Shown: one piece after another, positions 29,872 to 40,225 of the stretch
Numbering within the stretch: the first letter of the stretch is position 1
How the letters are laid out: each line of letters opens with the position of its first letter
DNA from: Angustibacter luteus
Lineage (GTDB): Bacteria; Actinomycetota; Actinomycetes; Actinomycetales; Angustibacteraceae
Assembly: GCF_039541115.1 (NCBI RefSeq)
Contig: NZ_BAABFP010000004.1
Span: 186,001 to 250,000, forward strand
Direction of reading: 5' to 3'
Length of the DNA stretch: 64,000 nucleotides
Position numbers and translations under genes: made by a program
Notes under the pieces: model-generated
The model's input: the letters and a program-made list of their open reading frames with translations, nothing else
Databases searched by the model: none
What the model was told of the DNA's origin: nothing

Positions 29872-30348
29872 GTGCCCCATCCCGAGCCGCGCCCTCATCG
29901 ACGCCTGCCGTCGGTCGAGGAGACATCGGCGGGCGGGCTGGTCGTGGACCAGACCGGCGAGGGCCCCAAGGCGGCGTTGATCGCCCGGCGCAACCGGGCC
30001 GGCCGCGTCGAGTGGTGCCTGCCCAAGGGCCACCTCGAAGGCGACGAGACGCTCGAGCAGGCCGCGGTCCGCGAGGTCGCCGAGGAGACGGGCATCCGGG
30101 GCCGGGTCGTCGCCCCGTTGGGCACCATCGACTACTGGTTCTCGGTCCCGGACAAGCGGATCCACAAGGTCGTCCACCACTACCTCATGGAGCGGGTCGG
30201 CGGCCGGCTGACCATCGAGGACGATCCCGACGCGGAGGCCATCGACGTCGCGTGGGTTCCGGTCGACGAGCTCGAGGCGCGGCTGACCTTCCCGAACGAG
30301 AGGCGGATCGCCGACGCGGCCGCCCGCCGGCTCGCCGGTCGTCCATGA
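29872..30348 (+). CDS. NUDIX hydrolase
   Basis: Nudix box [25 protein letters not shown]. Confidence 0.92.
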   Translation: MPHPEPRPHRRLPSVEETSAGGLVVDQTGEGPKAALIARRNRAGRVEWCLPKGHLEGDETLEQAAVREVAEETGIRGRVVAPLGTIDYWFSVPDKRIHKVVHHYLMERVGGRLTIEDDPDAEAIDVAWVPVDELEARLTFPNERRIADAAARRLAGRP

Positions 30349-32561
30349 GCGCGCGTCGACTCCTGGCCGTCACGGCCGCCGGGCTCGTCACGGGCCTGGT
30401 CAGCACGCTCACCTCCCTGGTGACCGCGCCGGGCGCACTCGTGGCGCACGCCGAGACGCTGCCCGCCCGCATCGTCGTCACCTCGGTGTCGCCCGCGCTG
30501 GTGCAGCAGGGCGACACCGTGCACGTGACCGGCCGGATCACCAACCAGGGCAAGACCGCGATCGAGCAGGTGTCCGTCCGGATGCGCGCCGTCGGTGGGC
30601 GGCTCGGCACCCGGGACGACGTCGACAGCTGGCTGGACGGTCGGGACCCCCGCGAGGGCGTCCCGGTGAACCCGACCGCCGAGCTGCCCGCCCCGCTGGC
30701 GGCCGGGAAGAGCGCGACGTTCACCCTCGACGTCCCGGCCCAGGCGCTCGGTCTGCGCGGCGGAGCCTTCGGCGCCTACCCCATCGCGCTCGACGCCCGC
30801 GCCACCGACAGCGACGGCGCCCGCGACCAGGTCGCGCTCCTGCGCAGCACCCTGCAGTGGCAGCCCCCGGCCCGTGAGTACGTCAAGCAGCAGATCGGCT
30901 GGCTGGTCCCGTTCACCGGCCTGCCCGCGGCGACCGCCAACGTCGTGCCCACGATGGAACAGGTGCAGGCGGCCCTCGCGCCCGGACGCCGGTTGGCGCG
31001 ACTGCTCGACGCGGCCTCGTCCCCCGGGGTGGCCTGGGCCGTCGACCCCGCGCTGCTCGCCACCCTGCAGGCGGCCGCCGAGGGCACGCTGCCCAGCACG
31101 AACACGTCCACCAGTACCCCGACGGGCACCCCGACCGGCACCACCAGCCCGACGACGATCACGTCAGCCACCCCCTCGTCCACCCCCTCGTCCACCCCGT
31201 CGTCCACCCCGTCATCCACCGCGGCGTCCCACCCGGCCCGCGCGGCCGCCGCGGACTTCTTGGCCCGGATGCGCGCGGCCGCCGCGGGCCGCGAGATCAT
31301 CGAGCTGCCCTACGCCGACCCGGACCTCCAGGTCATCAGCAACGCGAGCGCCATGACGCTCGTCACGGCCGCTCGGGCGGCGGGGGCCGGAACGATCAGC
31401 GAGCTGCTCGGCGTCACGCCGCGGGTCGACCTCGGCCTGCCGACGGACGGGTACGCCGACGACCGGCTGATCGGTGACCTGGCGGGGCAGGACGTGACGC
31501 GACTGGTGCTGGACGAGCGGAGCCGACCCCTGGTCGATGCGCTCTCGTACACCCCGGACGCGATGACCCAGAGCCTGCCCGCGGGGGCCACCGCGGTGCT
31601 GTGGGACGCGCAGCTGTCCCGCCTGGCGACCACCGCCTCCAGCCGGGACGCCGCCTCGACCGACCGCTTCCTGGCCGAGACCGCGGCCATGACCAGCGAG
31701 CGCCCGGGGCTGGCCCGACGGATGCTGGTCACGGTGCCGCCCACGGCCGTGCTGGACGTCGCCGCCTTCAAGGCCCTCGTCGGCACGGTGTCCACCGCGC
31801 CATGGCTCACGGTGATCTCCGTCGGGTCGATGTTCGACCCTCCACCGGAGCGAGCGGACGCCTCGCAGCTGCCCCGCCACCAGGTCGACGCCCCGACGAC
31901 CCCCGCGAACGAGGGCATCACCACGTTGGACGTCGGCACCGCGCTCGGGCTGCGATCGCAGCTGGCGGCGCTCGGCGAGGTCGTGGCCGAGCCGGCCGAG
32001 CTGACCGCGGACCTGCAGCGCTCGACGCTCGACCTGGTCTCCTCGGTGTGGCGTGGCCACCGCAAGCCGCTCGCCGTCCACCAGGCGACGTCGACCCAGG
32101 CGGTGCACGCGGTGACCTCGAAGGTCAGCGTGCTCAAGACGACGATCACGTTCCTGCGCAGCTCCGGCGAGCTCCAGCTGACCATCCGGAACGACCTGCG
32201 GCTCAAGGTGACGAACCTGCGGCTGCGGGTGGTCGCACCGAGCCCGCGGCTCGTCGTGTCGCAGGAGATCTCGGACCCCATCGACGTCGCCCCCGGCACC
32301 CGGACGAGCATCCGGGTGCCCGTGCGCGCGCTGGCCAGCGGGCAGGTCGAGCTGCAGGCGCAGCTCATCTCGCCGAGCGGTGGGGCGGTGGGAGACCCGG
32401 TGGCGGTGCAGGTGCGCGTGCGTCCCACGGACAGCTGGGTGCTCAGCGTGTTCGCGGTGATCGTCGGGCTCGTCGTCCTGGTGGGGCTGGTCCGGGCGCT
32501 GCGCCGACCGCGCCGCCGGGCCCGCACCATCGACGTCCCGGACGAGGGTGAGGCGTCGTGA
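30345..32561 (+). CDS. DUF6049-type secreted, membrane-anchored protein
   Basis: ATGA overlap with NUDIX; signal peptide, [16 protein letters not shown]-terminal TM helix plus RRPRRR; conserved position before murJ. Confidence 0.8.
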   Translation: MSARRLLAVTAAGLVTGLVSTLTSLVTAPGALVAHAETLPARIVVTSVSPALVQQGDTVHVTGRITNQGKTAIEQVSVRMRAVGGRLGTRDDVDSWLDGRDPREGVPVNPTAELPAPLAAGKSATFTLDVPAQALGLRGGAFGAYPIALDARATDSDGARDQVALLRSTLQWQPPAREYVKQQIGWLVPFTGLPAATANVVPTMEQVQAALAPGRRLARLLDAASSPGVAWAVDPALLATLQAAAEGTLPSTNTSTSTPTGTPTGTTSPTTITSATPSSTPSSTPSSTPSSTAASHPARAAAADFLARMRAAAAGREIIELPYADPDLQVISNASAMTLVTAARAAGAGTISELLGVTPRVDLGLPTDGYADDRLIGDLAGQDVTRLVLDERSRPLVDALSYTPDAMTQSLPAGATAVLWDAQLSRLATTASSRDAASTDRFLAETAAMTSERPGLARRMLVTVPPTAVLDVAAFKALVGTVSTAPWLTVISVGSMFDPPPERADASQLPRHQVDAPTTPANEGITTLDVGTALGLRSQLAALGEVVAEPAELTADLQRSTLDLVSSVWRGHRKPLAVHQATSTQAVHAVTSKVSVLKTTITFLRSSGELQLTIRNDLRLKVTNLRLRVVAPSPRLVVSQEISDPIDVAPGTRTSIRVPVRALASGQVELQAQLISPSGGAVGDPVAVQVRVRPTDSWVLSVFAVIVGLVVLVGLVRALRRPRRRARTIDVPDEGEAS

Positions 32562-34195
32562 GCGACTCCAGCCTGATGCGGGCGACCACGGTGATGGCGT
32601 CCGGCACGTTCGTCTCGCGCCTGCTGGGGCTCGTCCGGGTCCAGCTCCTGACGGGTCTGCTCGGGGTCAGCGGCGCCCTGGCCGCAGACGGCTTCGCCAC
32701 GGCCAACACGGTGCCCAACCAGCTGTACAACCTGATCGCGGGCGGCCTGCTCAACGCCGTCCTGGTCCCGCAGATCGTCCAAGCGACCAAGCACAGCGAC
32801 GGTGGTCAGGCGTTCCTCGACCGGTTGCTGACCATCTCGCTGCTGGGCATGGCCGTCGTCACGCTGGTGGCCACCCTGCTGTCGCCGCTGGTGCCGCTCG
32901 TCTTCGGGCCCTCGACCGGTCCCGGCTGGGACGCGTCGACCATCGCCCTGGTCGTCGCCTTCGCCTACTGGTGCCTGCCGCAGGTGTTCTTCTACGGCGT
33001 CTACACCGTGCTCGGCCAGGTGCTGAACGCCCGCGGCCGGTTCGGTGCCTACATGTGGGCCCCGGTCGCCAACAACGTGGTCGCGATCGCCGGCCTGGTC
33101 GTGATGTTCGTGTGGATCGGCGGCTTCAACAAGATCACCAACCCGCATCCCCCGTCGACGTGGACGGCCGGCCAGATCGCGGTGCTCGCCGGGTCCGCGA
33201 CCCTCGGCGTCGTCGTCCAGGCCCTGGTCGTGATGGTGCCGCTGCGCCGGATGGGGTTCCGCTACCGCCCTCGCTTCGGCTTCCGCGGGGTGGGCCTCGG
33301 TGGGGCCGGCCGGGTCGCCGCGTGGACCTTCGCGGGCGCCCTGATGGGCCAGCTCGGGTTCATCGTGACCTCGCGGGCGGTCAACGCGGGCGGGTCGCTC
33401 GGGGGTCCGGGCCAGAACGCGTACGGCAGCGCGTTCCTGCTGTTCATGCTGCCGCACTCGCTGATCACGGTCTCGCTGGTGACGGCCCTGTTCACGCGGA
33501 TGAGCCACGCGGCGCACGAGCGCGACACCCGCGCGGTCCGGCGGGACCTGTCCGTGGGACTGCGGCTCACCGGCGTGGCCTCGGTGCTCGCGCTGGTCGG
33601 CATGCTGGCGGTCGGCGACGAGCTGACCCGGGTGCTGTTCTTCAAGAACTCGGCCGCGGAGACGTTCGCGATCGCGGCCGCGACCACCGCGATGATGCTC
33701 GGCCTGGTGTCGTTCAGCGCGCAGTACCTCTTCCAGCGCGCGTTCTACGCCTACCAGGACGCCCGGACGCCGTTCCTGATCCAGATCCCGGTCGTCCTGG
33801 TGATCGCGGCGACCAGCTTCGCGTCGGCTCGCGAGCTCGACCCGGACCGCGTCGTGGTGGGCATCGGGGTGGGCATGGCGGCCGGGTACACCGTCGGCGC
33901 CGTCCAGTCGGCGGTGGTCCTGCGCCGGCGACTGGGCGGGCTGGACGGCGCGCGCGTCCTGCGCACGTACGTGCGGTTGGTCTGCGCCGGGCTCCCGGCC
34001 GTCGCCGTCGGCCAGGGCGTGTCCGCGGTGGTGCACGTGCTGCTCGGCCACAGCGTCGGCGCGTCCTTGGTGGCCCTGGTGCTAGGGGGGTCCCTGGTGC
34101 TGGTGGTGTACGTCGGCGTGCTCCGCCTGCTGCGCGTCGACGAGCTCGACGAGCTGGCCGAGCCGCTGCTGCGTCGGCTGCCCGGACGTCACTGA
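32558..34195 (+). CDS. murJ: Lipid II flippase MurJ/MviN
   Basis: MASGTFVSRLLG, ANTVPN, GGLLNAVLVPQIV, LPQVFFYG, WAPVANN, FMLPHS, RAFYAYQDARTP. Confidence 0.94.
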   Translation: MSDSSLMRATTVMASGTFVSRLLGLVRVQLLTGLLGVSGALAADGFATANTVPNQLYNLIAGGLLNAVLVPQIVQATKHSDGGQAFLDRLLTISLLGMAVVTLVATLLSPLVPLVFGPSTGPGWDASTIALVVAFAYWCLPQVFFYGVYTVLGQVLNARGRFGAYMWAPVANNVVAIAGLVVMFVWIGGFNKITNPHPPSTWTAGQIAVLAGSATLGVVVQALVVMVPLRRMGFRYRPRFGFRGVGLGGAGRVAAWTFAGALMGQLGFIVTSRAVNAGGSLGGPGQNAYGSAFLLFMLPHSLITVSLVTALFTRMSHAAHERDTRAVRRDLSVGLRLTGVASVLALVGMLAVGDELTRVLFFKNSAAETFAIAAATTAMMLGLVSFSAQYLFQRAFYAYQDARTPFLIQIPVVLVIAATSFASARELDPDRVVVGIGVGMAAGYTVGAVQSAVVLRRRLGGLDGARVLRTYVRLVCAGLPAVAVGQGVSAVVHVLLGHSVGASLVALVLGGSLVLVVYVGVLRLLRVDELDELAEPLLRRLPGRH

Positions 34196-34241
34196 GGCCG
34201 ATCGGCTCAAGTCGGGCACCGCGGCACCCGAAGTCGTGAAC

Positions 34242-34655
34242 ATGGCAAGGACCTTCTGGAGCGGCACCCCCCGTGACGAGGGCGGCATCGTCCTGGGCTG
34301 GCTCACCAAGGTCGCGGTCGTCCTCGCGATCGTCGGCGTCATCGCGTTCGACGTGATCTCCGTGGTGACCGCCCGGCTGTCCGTCGAGGACGCCGGCCAG
34401 CAGGCCGCCCTCACCGCGAGCGACGTCTGGTCCCGCACGCACGACGTGCAGGCCACGCTCAAGGCGGCCGAGGACTCGGCCACCGAGTCGAACCCCCTCA
34501 ACGTCGTGGACACCGCGACGTTCCGGGTGGACGCCGACGGCACCGTGCACCTGCGCGTGACGCGCGACGCCCCGACCCTGGTGGCGCACTACGTGAAGCC
34601 GCTGCGCGAGATGTCCGAGGTGCACGCCGACAGCTACGGCCGGTCCGGCGCGTGA
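34242..34655 (+). CDS. Small membrane protein with a prepilin/TadE-like N-terminus
   Basis: RDEGG followed by a hydrophobic helix IVLGWLTKVAVVLAIVGVIAFD; start could be 34236. Confidence 0.6.
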   Translation: MARTFWSGTPRDEGGIVLGWLTKVAVVLAIVGVIAFDVISVVTARLSVEDAGQQAALTASDVWSRTHDVQATLKAAEDSATESNPLNVVDTATFRVDADGTVHLRVTRDAPTLVAHYVKPLREMSEVHADSYGRSGA

Positions 34656-35827
34656 ACCGCGGCCGCGCCTGCGAGCCCGGCCCGCGCAGCACGCGGATCG
34701 CCGGACTCGCAGTCGTCGGCACCGTGACGGCCCTGGTCGCCGCGCTCGCCCTGCCCGTCGCCCCGGCGTCCGCCCAACCGAACCTCGCCCAGCTTCGGGC
34801 GCAGGCGAAGTCCCTGCAGAAGCAGCTGGACCGGCTGACCATCCAGCAGAGCCTCGCCGTCGAGCGGTACGACGCCGCCCAGGACGCCCTGCTGCAGGCC
34901 ACCACCGGTGAGATCGACGCCGGCATCCAGGTGGACGACGGCCAGAAGGTCGCCCAGGAGAGCGCGGACGACGCCGCCCGGCGGATCCGCGCGATCTACC
35001 AGAGCGGCGGGCCCGTCGGCCTGACCGCCACCATGCTCGGCAGCAGCTCGCTCAGCGACGTGCTGATCCGCTGGCACGCCATCGAGGGCATCGTTCGCTC
35101 GGACACCGAGCGCACCGACGTCCAGCAGGTCGCGGTCGCCCGGCAGCGTCAGGTCGCCGCAGCGGCCAGCCGCAACCGGGTCCGCACCGCCGTCCGGCAG
35201 GAGGTCGCCGACCAGGCGGCCGCCGCCGTCACCGACGCCATCACCCGCCAGCGCGAGCTGCTGGCCCGCACGGACGCCCGCGTCGTCGAGCTGGCCGAGC
35301 AGGAGGAGCAGCGGCGCGAGGCCGAGGCGCTCGCCAACGCGGCCCGGGCCGCGATGGAGGCCGGCCTCGGTGGCGTCAGCGACGCGGCCGGGCACGGGCT
35401 GGAGGGTGGCACGGCCGGCAGTCAGACCCTGCCGGACGTCCCCGCCCCGAACCCGGTCGCGGCCGCCGCCATCGCCGCCGCGGCGACCCGGCTCGGCCTG
35501 CCCTACGTGTGGGGCGCGACCGGGCCGAGCAGCTTCGACTGCTCCGGGCTGATGCAGTGGGCCTACGCCCAGGCGGGCGTCCCGCTACCGCGCACCTCGC
35601 GCGCCCAGTACGCGGCCTTGCCGCACGTCCCGCTGTCCCAGCTCGCGCCGGGCGACCTCGTCTTCTACGCCACGAACGTCAACAACCCGGCGTCCATCCA
35701 CCACGTCGGGATGTACGTCGGCAACGGCCTGTCGCTCTACGCACCCGAGACGGGCAGCGTGGTGAAGATCGGCCCGGTCGCCTACGGCACCATCATCGGC
35801 GCCGCCCGGCCCACCCTGGGACGCTGA
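34652..35827 (+). CDS. NlpC/P60 peptidoglycan endopeptidase with coiled-coil N-domain
   Basis: Signal peptide, coiled coil, GLPYVWGATGPSSFDCSGLMQWAY, PGDLVF, HHVGMY. Confidence 0.92.
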   Translation: MNRGRACEPGPRSTRIAGLAVVGTVTALVAALALPVAPASAQPNLAQLRAQAKSLQKQLDRLTIQQSLAVERYDAAQDALLQATTGEIDAGIQVDDGQKVAQESADDAARRIRAIYQSGGPVGLTATMLGSSSLSDVLIRWHAIEGIVRSDTERTDVQQVAVARQRQVAAAASRNRVRTAVRQEVADQAAAAVTDAITRQRELLARTDARVVELAEQEEQRREAEALANAARAAMEAGLGGVSDAAGHGLEGGTAGSQTLPDVPAPNPVAAAAIAAAATRLGLPYVWGATGPSSFDCSGLMQWAYAQAGVPLPRTSRAQYAALPHVPLSQLAPGDLVFYATNVNNPASIHHVGMYVGNGLSLYAPETGSVVKIGPVAYGTIIGAARPTLGR

Positions 35828-35938
35828 CCGACACCGTCCCGAGTTGGGTGCCCCAGCACGGGCGCACCCGTACCATGTGCAGGCAGCGGCCACCGGGTCG
35901 CCTCGCGGTCAGCGCCGCGACGAGCGGGGAGGTCGACG

Positions 35939-37645
35939 CTGGACAAGGTCGGACCAGGCAGCGTTCTCGGCGGACGCTACGTGCTCAAGCGACGGCTCGA
36001 CGACGCAGCGCAGACGTCCACCTGGCAGGCGCACGACGAGACCCTCGAGCGTTCCGTGCACCTGCGCGCCATCGCCGCGGACCACCCCAACGTCGAGGCC
36101 GTGCTGGACGCCGCCCGGCGGGCCGCCGCGGTGGAGGACGCCCGCCTGGTCCGGATCCTGGACGTCGGGGTGGACGACGAGGCGACCTTCGTGGTGAGCG
36201 AGTGGCTGACCGCGCCGTCCCTGGAGGAGCAGCTCGCCGAGGGCGGTCCACTGGCACCCGGCCCGGCCCGGGTGGTCGTCGGCGAGTCCGCGCTGGCCCT
36301 GGAGGCGGCTCGGCACCGCGGTCTGCACCACCTGAGGCTGACGCCTGGGCGGGTGCACCTGCTGGACGACGGCACCGTCAAGGTCACCGAGCTCGCGACC
36401 GCGGCGGCCCTGGACGGCGCCGAGGTCGCCGAGACCGACTCGGGCGGCGAGGACGCCACCCGCCAGGACGCCCACGACCTGATCGCCCTCGCGTACGCCG
36501 TGCTCACCGCGCACTGGCCGCTCACCGAGGGCAGTGACCTGCCTCCCGCGCCCCAGGTGGCCGGCAAGCCGGTCGCGCCCGGGCAGATCGTCACCGGCGT
36601 CCCGGCGGACCTCGACACCCTGTGCGCACAGACCTTCGCGGGAGCCGGCGCGCCCGACTCCCCCAGCGACCTCGCCGGCCAGATCGCCCCCTGGGGCCGG
36701 CAGCGCACCGAGGACCGGTCCGGCGGCGCGTTCCCGCACGCGCTGGCCCCGGTGCCCCGCTCCGGGCTGCCCACCGCACCGCCACCCGCCGCACCTCGGA
36801 CGACGGCGCCGCAGCCCGTGGTGGCCCCGGTGGTTCCGCCGGCCGCACCGCCCGCACCGCCCGCACCGCCCGCACCGCCCGCACCGCCCGCACCCCAGCC
36901 CGCACCCCAGCCCGTCCCCGCCGCCGCCACGAGCGAGCCGGCCGTGCTGGGCGGCTTCGGCCTCGCCTACGCGGACGACGAGCCGCCGACCGCACCCCGC
37001 CCCGAGGGCGCCCGGTCCGAGCGCCACCCGGCCGTGGTGCTGGCGCTGGTCGGTGGCTTCATCGTGATCTTCCTGCTGCTCGCCTACTGCGGCCTGCGCG
37101 GGCTGGGCGACAACGCCTTCGTGCCGAACGCGAAGCCCTCCACGACGGCCACGACGCCCGCCACGACGCCCCCGACCGAGACGACGACGCCGGACGAGAC
37201 GAGCACCCCCACGGCGACCGGCGGCCCGATCACGGTGACCGGGACCAGCGGCTTCGACCCGCAGGGCGACGGGAACGAGAAGGACTCCATCGCCGGCAAG
37301 GCGACGGATGGGAACGCCTCGACGTCCTGGACGTCGGACACGTACAAGTCGGCGGAGTTCGGTGGCCTCAAGAAGGGGGTCGGACTGCTCCTCGACCTCG
37401 GGGGCGAGCACCAGGTCACGTCCGTCCAAGTCAAGCTGGGCGCCGACGGCGGGGCCGTGGAGTTGCGCGACGTCAACGGCGAGAAGCTGGGCCAGAAGCT
37501 CGCCCAGGCCGACGACGCGAGCGGCACCATCACCCTCGAGCCCACCCAGCCGGTGACGGCGTCCCAGCTCGTCCTCTGGTTCACCTCGCTCCCGCAGGCC
37601 GACGGCGGCTACCGCGCCGTCGTCGACGAGGTGACGGTGAAGTGA
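35939..37645 (+). CDS. Membrane-anchored pseudokinase (MviN kinase-homology-like) with extracellular beta domain
   Basis: VLGGRYVL, WQAHDETLERSV, RILDV, VVSEW; lacks the HRD and DFG motifs; Pro-rich linker, TM helix, FDPQGDG..ATDGN..W..Y..FGGLKKGVGL; probable CTG start at 35939 (otherwise GTG 35981). Confidence 0.8.
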   Translation: MDKVGPGSVLGGRYVLKRRLDDAAQTSTWQAHDETLERSVHLRAIAADHPNVEAVLDAARRAAAVEDARLVRILDVGVDDEATFVVSEWLTAPSLEEQLAEGGPLAPGPARVVVGESALALEAARHRGLHHLRLTPGRVHLLDDGTVKVTELATAAALDGAEVAETDSGGEDATRQDAHDLIALAYAVLTAHWPLTEGSDLPPAPQVAGKPVAPGQIVTGVPADLDTLCAQTFAGAGAPDSPSDLAGQIAPWGRQRTEDRSGGAFPHALAPVPRSGLPTAPPPAAPRTTAPQPVVAPVVPPAAPPAPPAPPAPPAPPAPQPAPQPVPAAATSEPAVLGGFGLAYADDEPPTAPRPEGARSERHPAVVLALVGGFIVIFLLLAYCGLRGLGDNAFVPNAKPSTTATTPATTPPTETTTPDETSTPTATGGPITVTGTSGFDPQGDGNEKDSIAGKATDGNASTSWTSDTYKSAEFGGLKKGVGLLLDLGGEHQVTSVQVKLGADGGAVELRDVNGEKLGQKLAQADDASGTITLEPTQPVTASQLVLWFTSLPQADGGYRAVVDEVTVK

Positions 37646-38259
37646 GCGAGCGCTCCGACGCCGACCTGCTGGCCGCGCACGTCGCGGGCGACGCCGATGC
37701 CTTCGGTGAGCTCGTCCACCGGCACCAGAGCCGGCTGTGGGCGGTCGCGGTCCGCACGCTCGGCGACCGTGAGGAGGCGGCCGACGCCCTGCAGGACGCG
37801 CTGGTCTCCGCCTTCCGCCGGGCGGGGAGCTACCGCGGTGAGGCCGCGGTCACCACCTGGCTGCACCGGATCGTCGTCAACGCGTGCCTGGACCGGGTGC
37901 GGCGGCGCGCGGCTCGACCCGCCGTCCCGCTCCCCGAGCAGGAGCCCGCCGACCACCGCGACGCCCACGCGAGCACCGAGACCGCGCTCGACGTGCGCGC
38001 GGCCCTCGCGACGCTGCCCGAGCACCAGCGGATGGCCCTGGTGCTCGTCGACATGCACGGCCTCCCGGTCAGCGAGGCCGCCGCCGTGCTGGGCGTCGCC
38101 GAGGGGACCGTCAAGTCCCGCTGCGCCCGCGGCCGCGCCGCCCTGCTGCCCCTGCTGGCCCCTGGTGGGAACCGATCGGCCGGTTCCGACGTCCCAGGAA
38201 TGGACCCCCCTGCTGAGACGAAGGAAGCTGCTGTGCCGACCGAAGGAGAGCGTGCGTGA
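37642..38259 (+). CDS. sigM: ECF sigma factor SigM
   Basis: SDADLLAAHVAGD..AFGELVHRH, AVTTWLHRIVVNACLD, GTVKSRCARGR; synteny before trxB. Confidence 0.9.
   Translation: MSERSDADLLAAHVAGDADAFGELVHRHQSRLWAVAVRTLGDREEAADALQDALVSAFRRAGSYRGEAAVTTWLHRIVVNACLDRVRRRAARPAVPLPEQEPADHRDAHASTETALDVRAALATLPEHQRMALVLVDMHGLPVSEAAAVLGVAEGTVKSRCARGRAALLPLLAPGGNRSAGSDVPGMDPPAETKEAAVPTEGERA
38168..38194 (+). promoter_or_regulatory. SigM-type promoter inside the sigM 3' end
   Basis: GGAAC-N17-CGTC upstream of the anti-sigma gene. Confidence 0.55.
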
Positions 38260-39077
38260 GCCACCCCGCACTCGACGCCTTCGGTGACCTCGCTGAGGCC
38301 GCCCGCGACCCGCACGTCGCCGGCTGCGCACAGTGCCAGACCGAGCTCGCCACCCAGCAGCAGATCCACGACCTGCTCACCTCGCTGCCGGACCCGGGGC
38401 CGATCCCGCCCGACGTCGTCCACCGCATCGAATCCACCCTGCGCGAGCTCGCCAGCGGTGACCAGAGCCCGGAGTCCAGCAGCGTGACCCACCTCGCCAC
38501 CCCCGCCGACGAGACCGCCGCCGACCTGGACGCGAGCGAGGCGAGCACCTCGGCCGCGACGGTCGTCCCGCTGCAGTCCGCGCCGTCCGCGCGCCGTCGT
38601 CGGCCTTTCCTGGTGGCCGCCGCGGCCGCGCTGGTCCTGGTCGGCGGGGGCGCGCTGGTCAGCCAGCTCGTCCCGAACAGCGCCGACAACGCCACCAGCT
38701 CGGCCGGCGCCGCGATGCAGGACAAGGGCAGCAGCGACTCCTCCGGCGAGGCGACGGTGCGAGCGCTCGCCTCCGGCACCGCGTACACCCGGGCGAAGCT
38801 CGCCCAGCAGGTGCAGGAGCAGCTGGGGGCGGCTCCGGCGAGCTCGGCGGTCGCTCCCCAGGGGCTGCTCGCGACCCCGCAGGGCGTGGCCGGCTGCCTG
38901 TCCGCCCTGGGCGCGCCGAACGTGACCCCGCTGCTGGTCGACGTCGCCACCTTCGAGGGCAAGCCGGCCGCCGTCCTGGTGCTGCCCGGTGACGGCGGCG
39001 GCCGCGAGATCTGGGTCGTGTCGACGACCTGCCGTCCCGACCAGGACGGCATGAAGTACTTCACCACCACTCGCTGA
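38256..39077 (+). CDS. Anti-sigma factor (ZAS type)
   Basis: HVAGCAQC (HxxxCxxC), single TM helix, extracellular Cys pair. Confidence 0.82.
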   Translation: MSHPALDAFGDLAEAARDPHVAGCAQCQTELATQQQIHDLLTSLPDPGPIPPDVVHRIESTLRELASGDQSPESSSVTHLATPADETAADLDASEASTSAATVVPLQSAPSARRRRPFLVAAAAALVLVGGGALVSQLVPNSADNATSSAGAAMQDKGSSDSSGEATVRALASGTAYTRAKLAQQVQEQLGAAPASSAVAPQGLLATPQGVAGCLSALGAPNVTPLLVDVATFEGKPAAVLVLPGDGGGREIWVVSTTCRPDQDGMKYFTTTR

Positions 39078-39166
39078 CCGCGCCGTTCCCGTCGGGGAAC
39101 AACCCGGCCGTACGATGGCTTGAATCAGGTGCACCACGCACCCGCACCACCATTGGAAGGCGTTAC

Positions 39167-40144
39167 GTGAGCGACGACGTCCGCGACGTGATCATCATCG
39201 GCTCCGGGCCCGCCGGCTACACCGCAGCGGTGTACGCAGCACGGGCGAACCTCAACCCGCTGGTCTTCGAAGGGTCCGTCACGTTCGGTGGCGCCCTGAT
39301 GAACACCACCGAGGTCGAGAACTACCCCGGCTTCCGCGACGGCATCCTGGGCCCCGAGCTCATGGAGAGCATGCGCGCGCAGGCCGAGCGCTTCGGCGCC
39401 GAGCTCGTCACGGACGACGTCGTCGAGGCGCACCTGGACGGTCCGGTGAAGACCGTGGTGACCGGCCGCGGCACCACGCACCAGGCCCGCGCCGTCATCC
39501 TGGCCACCGGCTCCGCCTACCGCGAGATCGGCCTGGAGAACGAGAAGCGGCTGTCCGGCCGCGGGGTCTCCTGGTGCGCGACGTGCGACGGCTTCTTCTT
39601 CCGCGACCAGGACATCGTGGTCGTCGGTGGCGGCGACTCGGCGATGGAGGAGGCGACGTTCCTGACCAAGTTCGCCAAGTCCGTCACTGTCGTGCACCGC
39701 CGCGACGAGCTGCGCGCCTCGAAGGTCATGCAGGACCGTGCGGTCGCCAACGACAAGATCAGCTTCCGCTGGAACAGCGAGGTCACGGACGTGCTCGGCG
39801 ACGCCAAGGTGTCGGCGCTGCAGGTGCGTGACACGGTGACCGGCGACGAGGACCAGCTGGACGTGACCGGCCTGTTCGTGGCCATCGGTCACGACCCGCG
39901 CACCGAGCTGTTCGCCGACCAGATCGACCTGACCCCCGAAGGGTTCGTCTCCGTCGACGGGCGCAGCTCGCGCACCTCGCTGCCCGGCGTCTTCGCCTGC
40001 GGTGACGTGGTGGACCACGAGTACATGCAGGCGGTCACGGCCGCCGGGTCGGGTTGTGTCGCGGCGCTGGACGCCGAGCGCTACCTGGCCGACCTCGCCG
40101 ACCACGCGGTTCCCGAGCGCGAGGAAGTTTCCGCCGGCGTCTGA
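39167..40144 (+). CDS. trxB: Thioredoxin reductase
   Basis: [34 protein letters not shown]. Confidence 0.97.
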   Translation: MSDDVRDVIIIGSGPAGYTAAVYAARANLNPLVFEGSVTFGGALMNTTEVENYPGFRDGILGPELMESMRAQAERFGAELVTDDVVEAHLDGPVKTVVTGRGTTHQARAVILATGSAYREIGLENEKRLSGRGVSWCATCDGFFFRDQDIVVVGGGDSAMEEATFLTKFAKSVTVVHRRDELRASKVMQDRAVANDKISFRWNSEVTDVLGDAKVSALQVRDTVTGDEDQLDVTGLFVAIGHDPRTELFADQIDLTPEGFVSVDGRSSRTSLPGVFACGDVVDHEYMQAVTAAGSGCVAALDAERYLADLADHAVPEREEVSAGV

Positions 40145-40225
40145 CTGTCGGCCCCACCACCTATCGTCGTTCCCCAGCCAGCCCAGCCCAGCACTACGAG
40201 CAGCACCGACCGAGAGGAATCCGCC

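Noticed and set aside
31310..34051. 913-aa minus-strand ORF, and similar long ORFs at 51058-53298, 14930-16636 and 3648-5627
   Set aside because: They overlap well-supported genes on the opposite strand and have the low-information composition typical of high-GC shadow ORFs
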